Below, piece after piece: positions 20,270 through 33,843 of a DNA stretch of 64,000 nucleotides (positions within the stretch are counted from its first letter, which is position 1; every line of letters begins with the position of its first letter). A program made the position numbers and the translations under genes. Location: contig CAVXXK010000001.1 of the NCBI GenBank assembly GCA_963765675.1, positions 160,001 to 224,000 of the forward strand. Direction: 5' to 3'. The notes beneath the pieces are model-generated. The model ran no database searches and was not told the origin of the DNA. It was given only the letters and a program-made list of their open reading frames with translations. The stretch comes from an uncultured delta proteobacterium (lineage in GTDB: Bacteria > Desulfobacterota > Binatia > Binatales > Binataceae).

Positions 20270-21151
20270 CTACTCTTCCTGCTCCGCGCTCCAGAGCTGG
20301 ATCAGCACGCCAAACGCGTCGCGCGGCGACACGTAGGCCTCTTTCTCGCCGCGCCAGTTGATCGATTCATCGACCACGCGCACGCCGCCCGCCTTGAGCT
20401 TCGCCACGGTCTCGTCGAAGTCCTTCAGCACCAGCGTGATGTGATGCATCCCCTCGCCGTAACGGTCGATAAATTTGGCGACGAAATCGTTTTTCGACCC
20501 ACCCGGCGGGCTCTGGATAAACTCGACCTTCAAACCCGCGACCTGCATATGGCCAAGCGCAAAACTGCCGTCGTCGACCAGATGCTGATCGTGATCGATC
20601 GAGGTCGGGGTAAAATATTTCGTGAAGAAGTCGTAAGCCTGGTTGATATCGCGTACCGCCAACGACACGTGATCGAACTTCGCGCGGTCGTCGCGCGGCG
20701 GATTCTGCTTATGGTCGGCGTCGAAGTCGGGGACTTGCCAGAACTGCACCAGCGCGCCGAATGCCGAGCGCGGCGAGATGAACGCGGTTGCGGAACCGGA
20801 TGGATATTTCTGCTCATCGACCACCCGCACTCCACCCGCGCGTAGCCTCGCGACGACCGGATCGAGATGGTCCACCTCGATCGACAGATGATGCATCCCC
20901 TCGCCGTGCTTCTGGATGAACTTGGTCACGAAGCCGGGCTGGCCCGGCAGATCCTCGATCAGCTCGACGACGAATCCGCCGAGATGAAAATCCTGCCAGT
21001 AGAAAGCGCCGCTCACCTGATCGTCGCGCGTCTTGGGGCTGCGCTGGATCGCGGGAAAATAGCGCGTGAAGAACTCGGCCGCGCGATCGATTGATTTAAC
21101 CGCGATCGACACATGATCGAAACGCATCCGCACCTCTGTTGCCGCTGCCAT
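20270..21151 (-). CDS. Tandem two-domain VOC (MCE-like) protein
   Basis: Two copies of FDHVS.AV..GEGMHH...SPR.AFG.L.Q.W. Confidence 0.85.
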   Translation of the reverse strand: MAAATEVRMRFDHVSIAVKSIDRAAEFFTRYFPAIQRSPKTRDDQVSGAFYWQDFHLGGFVVELIEDLPGQPGFVTKFIQKHGEGMHHLSIEVDHLDPVVARLRAGGVRVVDEQKYPSGSATAFISPRSAFGALVQFWQVPDFDADHKQNPPRDDRAKFDHVSLAVRDINQAYDFFTKYFTPTSIDHDQHLVDDGSFALGHMQVAGLKVEFIQSPPGGSKNDFVAKFIDRYGEGMHHITLVLKDFDETVAKLKAGGVRVVDESINWRGEKEAYVSPRDAFGVLIQLWSAEQEE

Positions 21152-21494
21152 CGTGAACCGATCTCCTTTCCGGGCGTCGAAATCCGCGTATCCGATGCGG
21201 TTGTCCGCGCCCGCCCGCGCCGCGTGCCATGAGATTTTCGCCCGCGGGATAGCGATTATGATTCCAAGGATTTCGCGGCGCGAACGCGCCGGAAACAGCC
21301 ATGGTTCGAGAGCCTAGAGAATCATGTTTAGCGCCGCCGGTCGAGTTCCCGCCCCGTTTCATCGGCGCGAAAAAACACGCGGCCGGTGACGCGCCAGCAA
21401 CCGAAACGTGCTCCGCCAGACCATCGGCCATCCGTTGTGAAGCTTGCTCGCGTACACGCCGAGCGATTGTCCCGCGCGCGAAAGTGTCGGCACG

Positions 21495-22151
21495 TCAAAG
21501 AAACTCGAGCCGGGCGCTCAGTCCCGACTCGCCGCCCGTCACGACGATATAGCCGCCGCCCTTGAACGGTCCGGCGTTGAAGATGCGCGTAGGGCCGATC
21601 ATGTCCTCGCCCGCGGACTCATGGATATGGCCCGAGATGCAGATGTCGGGCTTGAACTCCTCGATAAACCGCCGCGCGGCGGTGCTGCCGACCGATTTAC
21701 CCGACGATATCCGATCGCATTTGGTATCGATCGGCGGCGGATGACAGATCATCAGCGCGGGACGGATGCCGGAAATCTGCGCGTAGCCCGCGCATAGCGC
21801 GGCGTAGATTTCATCTTCGGTCAACTCGGTCGGAGTGTGGAACGGCGTGATATTCGAACCGCCGCATCCGAAGATCCCGATCCCGTTAACGATTCGGCCC
21901 GTTCCATGAAGCGCGATTCCCTCGGCCTCAAGAAACGGAATCGTCTCGCGCCGATCGAGGTTGCCCGGCAGCGCGAGGATATTGGGACATGCGCGGCGAA
22001 CGTCATCGAGGACCACGCGCATCTCGTCCGGTCCGCCAAAGTTGGTCAAATCTCCCGACAGGATAACAAGATCGCAATCGCGCATGACGGAGCCCATCCG
22101 CTCAAGATTGCGCGTAGCCATATGCACATCACCGAACGAGACGATCTTCAT
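21495..22151 (-). CDS. Metallophosphoesterase (Icc-related)
   Basis: GDVH, SGDLT, PGNLD, HPPP and GHIHE. Confidence 0.9.
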   Translation of the reverse strand: MKIVSFGDVHMATRNLERMGSVMRDCDLVILSGDLTNFGGPDEMRVVLDDVRRACPNILALPGNLDRRETIPFLEAEGIALHGTGRIVNGIGIFGCGGSNITPFHTPTELTEDEIYAALCAGYAQISGIRPALMICHPPPIDTKCDRISSGKSVGSTAARRFIEEFKPDICISGHIHESAGEDMIGPTRIFNAGPFKGGGYIVVTGGESGLSARLEFL

Positions 22152-22247
22152 CGGACATCCACCACGATTCGAGCTTACCGGAGCGGGGACTGACCGGGTA
22201 GTCCGCGCGTCGCCACTGACACAGGCTTAAGCGAAGATCACGCGGGA

Positions 22248-22274
22248 GACGGCCGGTTCGCAAGCCGCCCCTAC
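22248..22274 (-). repeat. GTAG-tagged REP-like palindrome
   Basis: Reads GTAGGGGCGGCTTGCGAACCGGCCGTC on the minus strand; related copies at 49865-49893 (+) and 56861-56888 (-). Confidence 0.65.
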
Positions 22275-22315
22275 GAAGACAGATTTGTTTCGCTTCGTTT
22301 CGAACGGGCGGATCG

Positions 22316-22413
22316 CCTGCAGATACCCTCTCCCTCCGGGAGAGGGCGGCGCGGCGCGATGCTTGCGATTCTTTTTCGCAAGCATCGTGACGCGCGGGTG
22401 AGGGTGCTGCTCT
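22316..22413. repeat. Left inverted arm (boxC-like) flanking the DUF559 gene
   Basis: CCCTCTCCC-tcc-GGGAGAGGG, an internal 12-bp hairpin and GGGTGAGGGTGCTGCTCT; reverse-complement match to 22794-22890. Confidence 0.85.
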
Positions 22414-22781
22414 TACTCCTCCAGCACCGCAAGAATTTGCTTGATGACGGTATCCGTTTCGCGTAAGACCACATCGTTCCCGAACCTGACTACGCGATAG
22501 CCTTGCGTCTCGAGGAACTCCTCGCGCTCATCGTCGTAAACCTGCTGCTCGACATGCTGTCCGCCATCGAGCTCGACCACCAGCTTTCTTTCAACGCAGC
22601 AGAAGTCGGCGATATAAGGACCGATCGGGAATTGGCGGCGGAATTTCAGGTCAGCGAAACGCCGTCCGCGTAGATGTTTCCAGATCGTACGCTCCGCGTC
22701 GGTCATTTCGCGGCGCAGTTTGCGCGAGTTTGTGAGCGCCTTCGCCGAGAGTAGTGGCTTATGCGTATGTGTGCGCTTCAT
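22413..22781 (-). CDS. DUF559 family Vsr-like endonuclease
   Basis: LRREMTDAERTIWKHLR..KFRRQFPIGPYIADF..LVVELDGGQH..GYRVVRF. Confidence 0.9.
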   Translation of the reverse strand: MKRTHTHKPLLSAKALTNSRKLRREMTDAERTIWKHLRGRRFADLKFRRQFPIGPYIADFCCVERKLVVELDGGQHVEQQVYDDEREEFLETQGYRVVRFGNDVVLRETDTVIKQILAVLEE

Positions 22782-22793
22782 GAGAAAAGGCGC

Positions 22794-22890
22794 AGAGCAG
22801 CACCCTCACCCACGCGTCACGGCGATTGCTGAAAAGAAGCAATCGCCGCGCCGCGTCGCCCTCTCCCGTGGGGAGAGGGTATCTTGCAGG
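22794..22890. repeat. Right inverted arm (boxC-like) flanking the DUF559 gene
   Basis: AGAGCAGCACCCTCACCC, an internal 11-bp hairpin and CCCTCTCCC-gtg-GGGAGAGGG. Confidence 0.85.
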
Positions 22891-22899
22891 AAATCCAGA

Positions 22900-22937
22900 A
22901 TATAAATCGGAAGGGCGGTGTTGCCACCGCCCTTCCC
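22900..22937 (-). terminator. Probable terminator of the nrdJ transcript
   Basis: Minus strand reads GGAAGGGCGGTG-gcaa-CACCGCCCTTCC followed by GATTTATATT. Confidence 0.6.
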
Positions 22938-23176
22938 CGTCACCACATCCGCCACCCCACCACACACTTTTCGGCGCGCCACGCGCGCTGCGTTTTGGGT
23001 GGGCCCCGGAGGAATCACCAAGCCGATTCCGCGATTACCAAAGTCTCCCCGAAAATCGTCCGATGATTCTCCCCGACCGCGCCGGAAACCGGATTAAAGT
23101 TTTCGTCCGCCCCCATCCCCGCCGTCCGATTCCTCCAGCGCCCTCACTCCCCACAACCTCCGGGGCCCCAAATTCG

Positions 23177-23437
23177 TCAGGCCTGTGCGGCGGCAGGATG
23201 CCGCGCGCATTCAGGGCCAATCGTTGATACCGTTTCTTCCGTCTCGACTATCTCCCACTCATCGCGGCCCTCGAGCTCGAACACCGCCGTGCATTCATCG
23301 CATTCGATCCACGCGCGGCTCGGCTCGCACTCGTCGCCGTCAACCCTCGCGATCAGATGCAGTCCTTCCGCGCGATGACTCCGCGCGATCGCGCCGAACG
23401 CCTGCGACTCGAAAATCTCCTTGCTTCCACCGCTCAT
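23177..23437 (-). CDS. Small hypothetical protein with CxxC, directly downstream of nrdJ
   Basis: GAGGAGG RBS overlapping the nrdJ stop; WIECDEC; acidic composition. Confidence 0.6.
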   Translation of the reverse strand: MSGGSKEIFESQAFGAIARSHRAEGLHLIARVDGDECEPSRAWIECDECTAVFELEGRDEWEIVETEETVSTIGPECARHPAAAQA

Positions 23438-23449
23438 CACCGCACCTCC

Positions 23450-26275
<2,826 letters not shown>

Positions 26276-26358
26276 CGGCCCCCACCTCCGCCTCTTTGCG
26301 TGCCTGTTAAAAACTGCCCCCAGCCCGTTGGGCTAAATCGCCGCTGATTGCCCTTGGG

Positions 26359-26454
26359 ACCACCACATATAGGGCTGAGCCATTCAGCGGCGTGGGCGGA
26401 AATATGCGCTCTCGCATAGCTGAATGTCAAGTCCAAAAGCGCAACCTGTAGTGT
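26359..26454. promoter_or_regulatory. Putative NrdR boxes upstream of nrdJ
   Basis: ACCACCACATATAGGG (26359-26374) and GCGCAACCTGTAGTGT (26439-26454) resemble the acaCwAtATaTwGtgt consensus. Confidence 0.5.
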
Positions 26455-26486
26455 GGAAGACCTTGTGCACAACCTATATATTAGGC

Positions 26487-26495
26487 TGTGGATAA
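26487..26495 (-). promoter_or_regulatory. DnaA box
   Basis: Perfect TTATCCACA on the minus strand in the nrdJ/dciA divergent spacer. Confidence 0.55.
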
Positions 26496-26664
26496 TATTT
26501 CGTAAACCCTTCGCCCACGTAGTTCCGCTTTTCATTCGAGAGGTTGAAAATTAGAGTACCTAATTCATTGACGAGGCCCGGAAGACACTCTCCGAGCAGA
26601 TCGGATAGGCGCATTTTACCGCGTCATTTCAGGCTGGATTGATCCGCGCTATCGTAAACCCGCG

Positions 26665-27111
26665 ATGGCATCGAAACGTTCGCGTCCGCTGGTCACGATC
26701 GCATCGGCCCTACAGCCGATTCTCGATCGCCTGGATATCGAAGGCGAGTTCGGACTCGGCCGCCTGATTCGCGCATGGCCGGAGATCGCGGGCGAGACGA
26801 TCGCGCGGCGCACCGAGGTGGTGTCGCTCAAATTCCACACCGCTGTGATTAAAGTTTCAGGCGCGATGTGGATTCAGGAATTGAACCTGATGAAGGCGCA
26901 GATCCTTGCGCGTGTGCGCGAGACCGTCGGCGACGATATCGTGCGCGACATCCGCTTTATCGCCGGACGCCTGTCGCGCAGAAATCCACCGAAGCTGCGC
27001 ACCGTGCCGCGTCCGACGCGCTACGCGTTCGAGCTTCCGCCGATTCGCGATCCCGAGTTGAAGCGCGCCTTCGAGCGCCTGATCGAAGCGTGGGGCCGCG
27101 CGGGAAATTAG
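26665..27111 (+). CDS. DUF721 / DciA family protein
   Basis: WPEIAGETIARRT..W.QEL..MK..I..RV...VG...V.DIRF with a basic C-terminal tail. Confidence 0.8.
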   Translation: MASKRSRPLVTIASALQPILDRLDIEGEFGLGRLIRAWPEIAGETIARRTEVVSLKFHTAVIKVSGAMWIQELNLMKAQILARVRETVGDDIVRDIRFIAGRLSRRNPPKLRTVPRPTRYAFELPPIRDPELKRAFERLIEAWGRAGN

Positions 27112-27228
27112 CGGCCGCACACAGTCTGTGGATTGTCCCAAATTCGCGCCTAGCGCTATTGGCGCGCGTTTGTGGCAAGATTCGCACGAGCAAAATTTTT
27201 TCATCCGGAAACATACGGGGACCTATCG

Positions 27229-28311
<1,083 letters not shown>

Positions 28312-28329
28312 AAAAAGAACGGGGGGATG

Positions 28330-28400
28330 CCCGGGAACGCCAATCTCCTGATTGGCGGATTGTGCCCACGCACGCCAATCGGGAGATTGGCGCTCCCGGG
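28330..28400. repeat. REP-like doublet, possibly a bidirectional terminator
   Basis: CCCGGGAACGCCAATCTCCTGATTGGCG and CGCCAATCGGGAGATTGGCGCTCCCGGG in inverted orientation, each internally palindromic, between convergent genes. Confidence 0.75.
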
Positions 28401-28404
28401 TTTT

Positions 28405-29384
28405 CTACATTCCCGCTTGCAGCGCGGCGAGGAGCGCCGGGCCGTGGAGCGCGAGCAGGCGCGAGAGCTCGAAGCATAGGCCGAACAGGGCGCCGAAGAT
28501 TCCGCCGTTGACGCGAATCCAGTCCAGATGCGTCCGCGTCTTGGTCTCGATCTGAAACCTAATCTGATCGTCGGTCAGACGCGCCAGGTTGTCCTTGACC
28601 ATCTGCGTGATCTGCCCGCGACTCGCCTCGACCGCCCGCCGCACCATCGCCGCCATCATCGCGCTGGCTTTCTCGTGCGCGAAGCTGGCGGGCTTTTGCA
28701 GCTCGGCGCGCGAGCTCGTGAACCGCGCCCTCGAGCGTGCTCATCAGGCTCGGGATCGTCGCGCAGCTCGGGCAATCGATGCCGCAGGTTCGCGACGATC
28801 CGCGAGCTCAGCGAGCGCACGCCCACCCGATTGAGTGCGGCGTAAATCCGGGTGAAGGTCTTCGGCAGCACCTTGCGCAAAATCGCGTCGAGCCGGTCCA
28901 GCGCCTGCTCGGATTCGAGCGCCGCCGTCACGCGATCCATCACGTGCCCGACCGCCTCACTGCCGAGCACCTCGTCGATTTTGACTTCCGTCAGATACGC
29001 GCCCGCGCGCGCAACTAGATCCATCTCGCCGAGCTTGCGCCCGATCATCTCGGGCGTGAGCCATTCCTTTTCGATCGTCACCGCGATTCCGTCGATCAGC
29101 TTGACCCGGTTTCGCGGCAGCACGCCCGAGTTGGGCAGATACCATCGCCGCTCGAAGATCATCTTGAGCGCGATATAGTCGCATAGCCCGCCGATCAGAG
29201 CCGCCTCGCCCATCGCGCGCACGACCTCGCCCGCGATCGTAAGCGTGGTGAAGCGAAGGATGATCCAGCCGGCGATATAGCCGACCGCCGAGAGGGCAAG
29301 CGTCAGATCGCCCTTGCGCGAGAAGAGGAACTCGTTCCAGGTCGCGGGCGCGCGCCGTGCGACCATAACTTGAGCACTATCCAT
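28405..29384 (-). CDS. DUF445 family membrane protein; two apparent frameshifts (near 28748 and 28705)
   Basis: N-terminal EAALIGGLCDYIALKMIF..SGVLP and C-terminal LDWIRVNGGIFGALFG spread over three reading frames. Confidence 0.8.
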
Positions 29385-29512
29385 GCTTAAGATTGTGGCC
29401 CGACCGGCGCGCTAATCAAGCCGCCCTGATGCAGTCAAAACATTGCTACCGTGCGCTAGTCAGAGTGTGGTATTGCATTCCACGCTGCGTCATCAGCAAA
29501 AGGAGCGCATCG

Positions 29513-30628
29513 GTGCAATTACGCGGCATCTGCGGACTGATTTTGATTGCGGCAGTTCTGGTCTGCGCCGGATGCGCCACCAATCGATCCACTAGCGCTC
29601 CCGTCGCAATCGCGACGGCCGCCGCGCCGGCGCCGCTTGACCTCTGCCCCGAACCCACCGAGAGCCAATCGGACGCGCCAACATCGGTGGCGAATCAGCC
29701 TGGATACACGCAGCTTGCGATATCGGTTACCGACGCTTCTGGAAAGCCGCTCCCGGGCCTGCGCCAATCCGATTTCAGCGTGGACCTTCCTGGACAGCAT
29801 CTGCCGATCGTCTATTTCGCCAGCGAGGAGCACACCGCGCCAACTTCGCTCGTGATCGTGATCGACGAATCGGGAAGCATGCATGGAAAGCTGGTCGCGC
29901 CGAACGATATGCTCCCGGCGATCCGTGGCAAAATTTCGGGTGTGGTCGGAACGCTGAACCGATGCGACGAGTTCGCGATCGTGATGGCATCGGGCGCTCT
30001 CCTGACTGGCAACCAATCAGAAACGAACAAGGTCCGCGTCCTTCAGCCGTTCACGACCGACCACGGGCTCCTGTTAAGCGATATTTACGCCTACACGCCG
30101 CAAGGCGAGACTTCGCTTTACGACGCGATCGATATGGGCTTGAAGACGGCGGAAGGGGCGCACTATCACCAACGCGCTCTGATCGTAATCACCGACGGAA
30201 TCGACAACACCAGTACCACGAAAAAGGACCAATTGACCGCTAGCTTGCGACGCTCGCGAGTCGAGCTCTTTGTCATCGGAGTGGGAGATCCGTCCATCGG
30301 CGTAAATTCGGCGCCGATCGCAATCGGTCCATTTCTGGTCGGGTCACAGTCTGACCTCGTGAGGTTGGGCGCAAAAAGTATGAGCGATCTGTCGGCCGCC
30401 GCGAATGGCCAATTCATCGAGGCCCAAGCGGTTACAAAAGATCAGGGCGCATCGTTCGCTCAGGCTCTGCAAAGGGTTAGCGATACTCTTGGCAGCAGTT
30501 ATTTGATTGGTGTCGTTGTTCCGCCGCGCGTCGAGGCGCCGAGCGCGCCGCCCAACGTAACCTTGCGGAGTCATCCCGACGCCATCGTGAAGACGCGCGT
30601 CGTGCCCGCACAATCTCCGAGTTCCTGA
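29513..30628 (+). CDS. VWA-domain lipoprotein (paralog of 8164-9336)
   Basis: AAGGAG RBS, lipobox VCAGC, DESGS, TSLYDAI and VITDG. Confidence 0.82.
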   Translation: MQLRGICGLILIAAVLVCAGCATNRSTSAPVAIATAAAPAPLDLCPEPTESQSDAPTSVANQPGYTQLAISVTDASGKPLPGLRQSDFSVDLPGQHLPIVYFASEEHTAPTSLVIVIDESGSMHGKLVAPNDMLPAIRGKISGVVGTLNRCDEFAIVMASGALLTGNQSETNKVRVLQPFTTDHGLLLSDIYAYTPQGETSLYDAIDMGLKTAEGAHYHQRALIVITDGIDNTSTTKKDQLTASLRRSRVELFVIGVGDPSIGVNSAPIAIGPFLVGSQSDLVRLGAKSMSDLSAAANGQFIEAQAVTKDQGASFAQALQRVSDTLGSSYLIGVVVPPRVEAPSAPPNVTLRSHPDAIVKTRVVPAQSPSS

Positions 30629-30631
30629 AAG

Positions 30632-30680
30632 GTGGCACCGGCTTTAGCCGGTGCGGGCCACAGGCTGAAGCCTGTGCCAC
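30632..30680. repeat. GTGG-tagged REP-like doublet
   Basis: GTGGCACCGGCTTTAGCCGGTG and inverted CACAGGCTGAAGCCTGTGCCAC with compensatory stem changes. Confidence 0.7.
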
Positions 30681-30771
30681 TAATTCCGGAAAGTCTGCCA
30701 ACGAACCCACCTAACGTATTCCTATCCTGCCAGTGGGCAGGCGCGGCTCGCTTGGCTAAGATAAACTTCTC

Positions 30772-33473
30772 ATGCGCTGGACTACCGCCAATATCCGTCA
30801 GTCGTTCCTCGATTTCTTCAAGGATCGCGGCCATACCGTCGTGCCCTCGTTCTCGCTGGTGCCCAAGGGCGACCCGACCCTGCTGTTCGTCAACGCCGGG
30901 ATGGTTCCGTTCAAAGATTATTTCCTGGGCGTGCGCACTCCTGCGCATCGCCGCGTCGTCGACGTGCAGAAATGCCTTCGGATCAGCGGCAAGCACAACG
31001 ACCTCGAAGCCGTGGGCCGCGATACTTATCATCACACCTTCTTCGAGATGCTCGGCAACTGGTCGTTCGGCGACTACTACAAGACCGAGGCGATCGCCTG
31101 GCACTGGGAGCTGATCACCAAGGTCTGGGGCGTCGATCCGAGGCTGCTCTACGCGACGGTGCACAAGGACGACGACGAGGCCCGCGGCATCTGGCTCAAG
31201 ATGGGCGTGCTGCCGCCCGAGCGTATCCTGACTTTCGGCGACAAGGAAAATTTCTGGGAGATGGGCGAGACCGGCCCGTGCGGCCCATGCTCCGAGATCG
31301 ATATCGATCGCGGCGCGCCCGCCTGCGACGGCGCCGGGCATCCGGGAGTCGCGTGCGGGGTCAACGTCGACGGATGCGAGCGGTTTATCGAGCTCGGCAA
31401 TCTCGTCTTCATCCAGTACAACCGCGACGCGTCGAAAAAATTGACCCCGTTGCCGATGAAATGCGTCGATACGGGCACCGGCCTCGAGCGCGTCGCCGCC
31501 GCGCTGCAAAGCCTCGAAACCGGCCGCGTCCTCGGCAACTACGATATCGATCTGTTCCAGACGATCATCTCGAAGGTCAGCACCGCGGCGTCCGAGCTGG
31601 GCTCTGGAGCACGCTACGGCGAGAATGCCGAGAGCGACATCTCGTTCCGCGCGATCGCCGATCATGCGCGCACGATGACCTTTCTGATCGCCGAGGGCGT
31701 GATGCCCGGCAATAGCGATCGCGAGTACGTTCTGCGCCGGATTATCCGCCGCGCCGCGCGCCACGGCCGCTACCTCGGGATTCATCGCCCGTTCCTCGCG
31801 GGGGTGCACCAGGGCGTGGTCGAGGCGATGGGCGCCGCGTATCCCGAGCTTCGGGAGAACAGCGCAAAGATCGCCGACGCGATCACGCAGGAAGAAGCGC
31901 GCTTCGGTGAAACGCTCGATCGCGGCCTCGAACTGATCGAGCAGGAGCGCGCGCGGCTGGCGAGATCGGGAGGCAAGACGCTTTCAGGCGAAGTCGCGTT
32001 CAAGCTCTACGACACTTACGGCTTCCCGCTCGATCTGACCGAAGACGTTCTCCGCCCCGACGGTATCGGCGTCGATACCAACACCTTCGACCGCCTGATG
32101 GACGAGCAGCGCGAACGCGCCCGCGCCGCGCGCAAGGAAGACGGCGGCGCACCCGAGCTTTCGATCGCGAAAGGCACCGCGTCGCGCTTCGTCGGACATG
32201 ATCGCTACGACGCCGATTCCGAGATTCTTGCCGCGAGTGCAAACGGCGGCGAAAGCATCGCGATCGTCGTTGCCGAGACCCCTTTCTATCCAGAAGGCGG
32301 CGGGCAGACCGGCGACCGCGGCGTGATCGAAACCGCATCCGGCGCGCTCGCCGAAATTATCGACACGCGCAAGGCCGAAGGCTCGATCGTCCACACCGGA
32401 CGCCTGCTGCGCGGCGACGCGCGCGAATTCCAGCGCGGGGCGCACGTCACGCTCAAGGTCGATCGCGGACGGCGCGACGCCGCGATGCTCAATCATTCCG
32501 CGACGCACATCCTGCACTACGCGCTGCGCGATATTCTCGGCGCGGGAGTGCATCAGGCGGGCTCTCGCGCGATATTCTCGGCACTGGTGTGCATCAGGCG
32601 GGCTCGTTGGTCTCGCCGGAACGGCTGCGTTTCGATTTCGCGCATCAGGGGCCGGTCGGCGACGAGCGCCTGCTGACGATCGAAGAGGAGATCAACGCGC
32701 GTATCCGCGAGAACGCCGCCGTCACGGTCGAAGAGATGGCCTACGACGATGCGATCAAGGCGGGAGCGCTCGCGTTCTTCGGCGACAAGTACGGCGACGT
32801 CGTCCGCGTGGTGCGGATGGGCGATTTCTCGGTCGAGCTATGCGGCGGCACCCACGTCTCGCGCACCGGCGACGTCGGCTTCTTCAAGCTCGAAGCCGAG
32901 TCGGGAGTCGCGGCGGGAGTGCGCCGCGTCGAGGCGGTGACGGGACAGGGCGCGCTCGAATCGATTCGGCGCCAGGAAAAAATTCTCGACGAGATCGCGG
33001 GCAAGCTCGGTGCGCGCGATTCCGCCGCGCTCGATCGCCTGGAAAAAATTCTCGCGCGCGAAAAAGAGCTCGAAAAAAAGCTCCGCGCGCTCGAACAGAA
33101 GCTCGCCTCCGGCGCTGGCGGCGCAGCCTCCGCAGAGGAAACCGTGCGCGAGGCCGGCGGCATCAAAATCGTCACCCGCCGCGCCGATGGCGTCGATCCG
33201 CGCGCGCTGCGCGAGATGGCGGATCGGATGCGCCAGAAATATCCGTCGTCGGTAATCGCGCTCGGCTCGGACACGGGAGACGGCAAGGTCGCGCTGCTGG
33301 TCGCGGTGACGCAGGACCTGACCGCGCGAGTGAAAGCCGGCGATATCATCAAGCAAATCGCGCCGATCATCGGCGGCACCGGCGGCGGTCGCCCCGACCT
33401 GGCGCAGGCCGGCGGCCGCGACGCAACCAAGCTCGACGAAGCCCTGGCAAAGGTCGCCGACCTGATTCGATAA
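30772..33473 (+). CDS. alaS: Alanine--tRNA ligase; frame broken by a 41-bp duplication at about 32526-32605
   Basis: DPTLLFVNAGMVPFK, HHTFFEMLGNWSFGDY, NHSATH, ELCGGTHV and GGGRPDLAQAGG across ORFs 30772..32676 and 32589..33473. Confidence 0.95.
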
Positions 33474-33501
33474 CCCATGAACTTCTTGCGCATCACCTTT
33501 T

Positions 33502-33612
33502 GTCATTCCCGCGCGTGGCTGCCGCGCGAGGAATCCCGAACGAAGGGCCACTGCATGTGGCTCCGCTCGGAGCATGGATGCCCGGGATTTCTCGCCTATG
33601 GCTCGAAATGAC
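33502..33612 (+). repeat. About 110-bp GTCA-tagged REP doublet (REPIN/MITE-like)
   Basis: GTCATTCCCGCG...GGAATCCC ... GGGATTTCTCG...CTCGAAATGAC; aligns end to end with the reverse complement of 49736-49848. Confidence 0.8.
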
Positions 33613-33843
33613 GAATGAGGATTCTGCTCATGTTACAACGCGTTAAGGCCGTCCGGAGTCTGCGATAATCAAGCACTGAGACCTCACTCGTCATTTCGAC
33701 CGCAGGGAGAAATCCCGGATGGCGGACCGCTGTACGCAGCGCGGCTCCGTGCATCGGAGCATCGCCACCCGCTCTCGGCCGATTCACATCGGCGCCGCGA
33801 TCGACTAGGATCAATCAACTGCCGCAATTGCGGCGCTAGAGGC

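Noticed and set aside
26276-26660. Cobalamin riboswitch upstream of nrdJ, or oriC
   Set aside because: No B12-box recognisable by eye; only one perfect DnaA box and no dnaA/dnaN nearby.
27112-27228. LexA box or sigma54 promoter upstream of recA
   Set aside because: No match to SOS boxes I know; TGGCGCGCGTTTGT has the wrong spacing for -24/-12.
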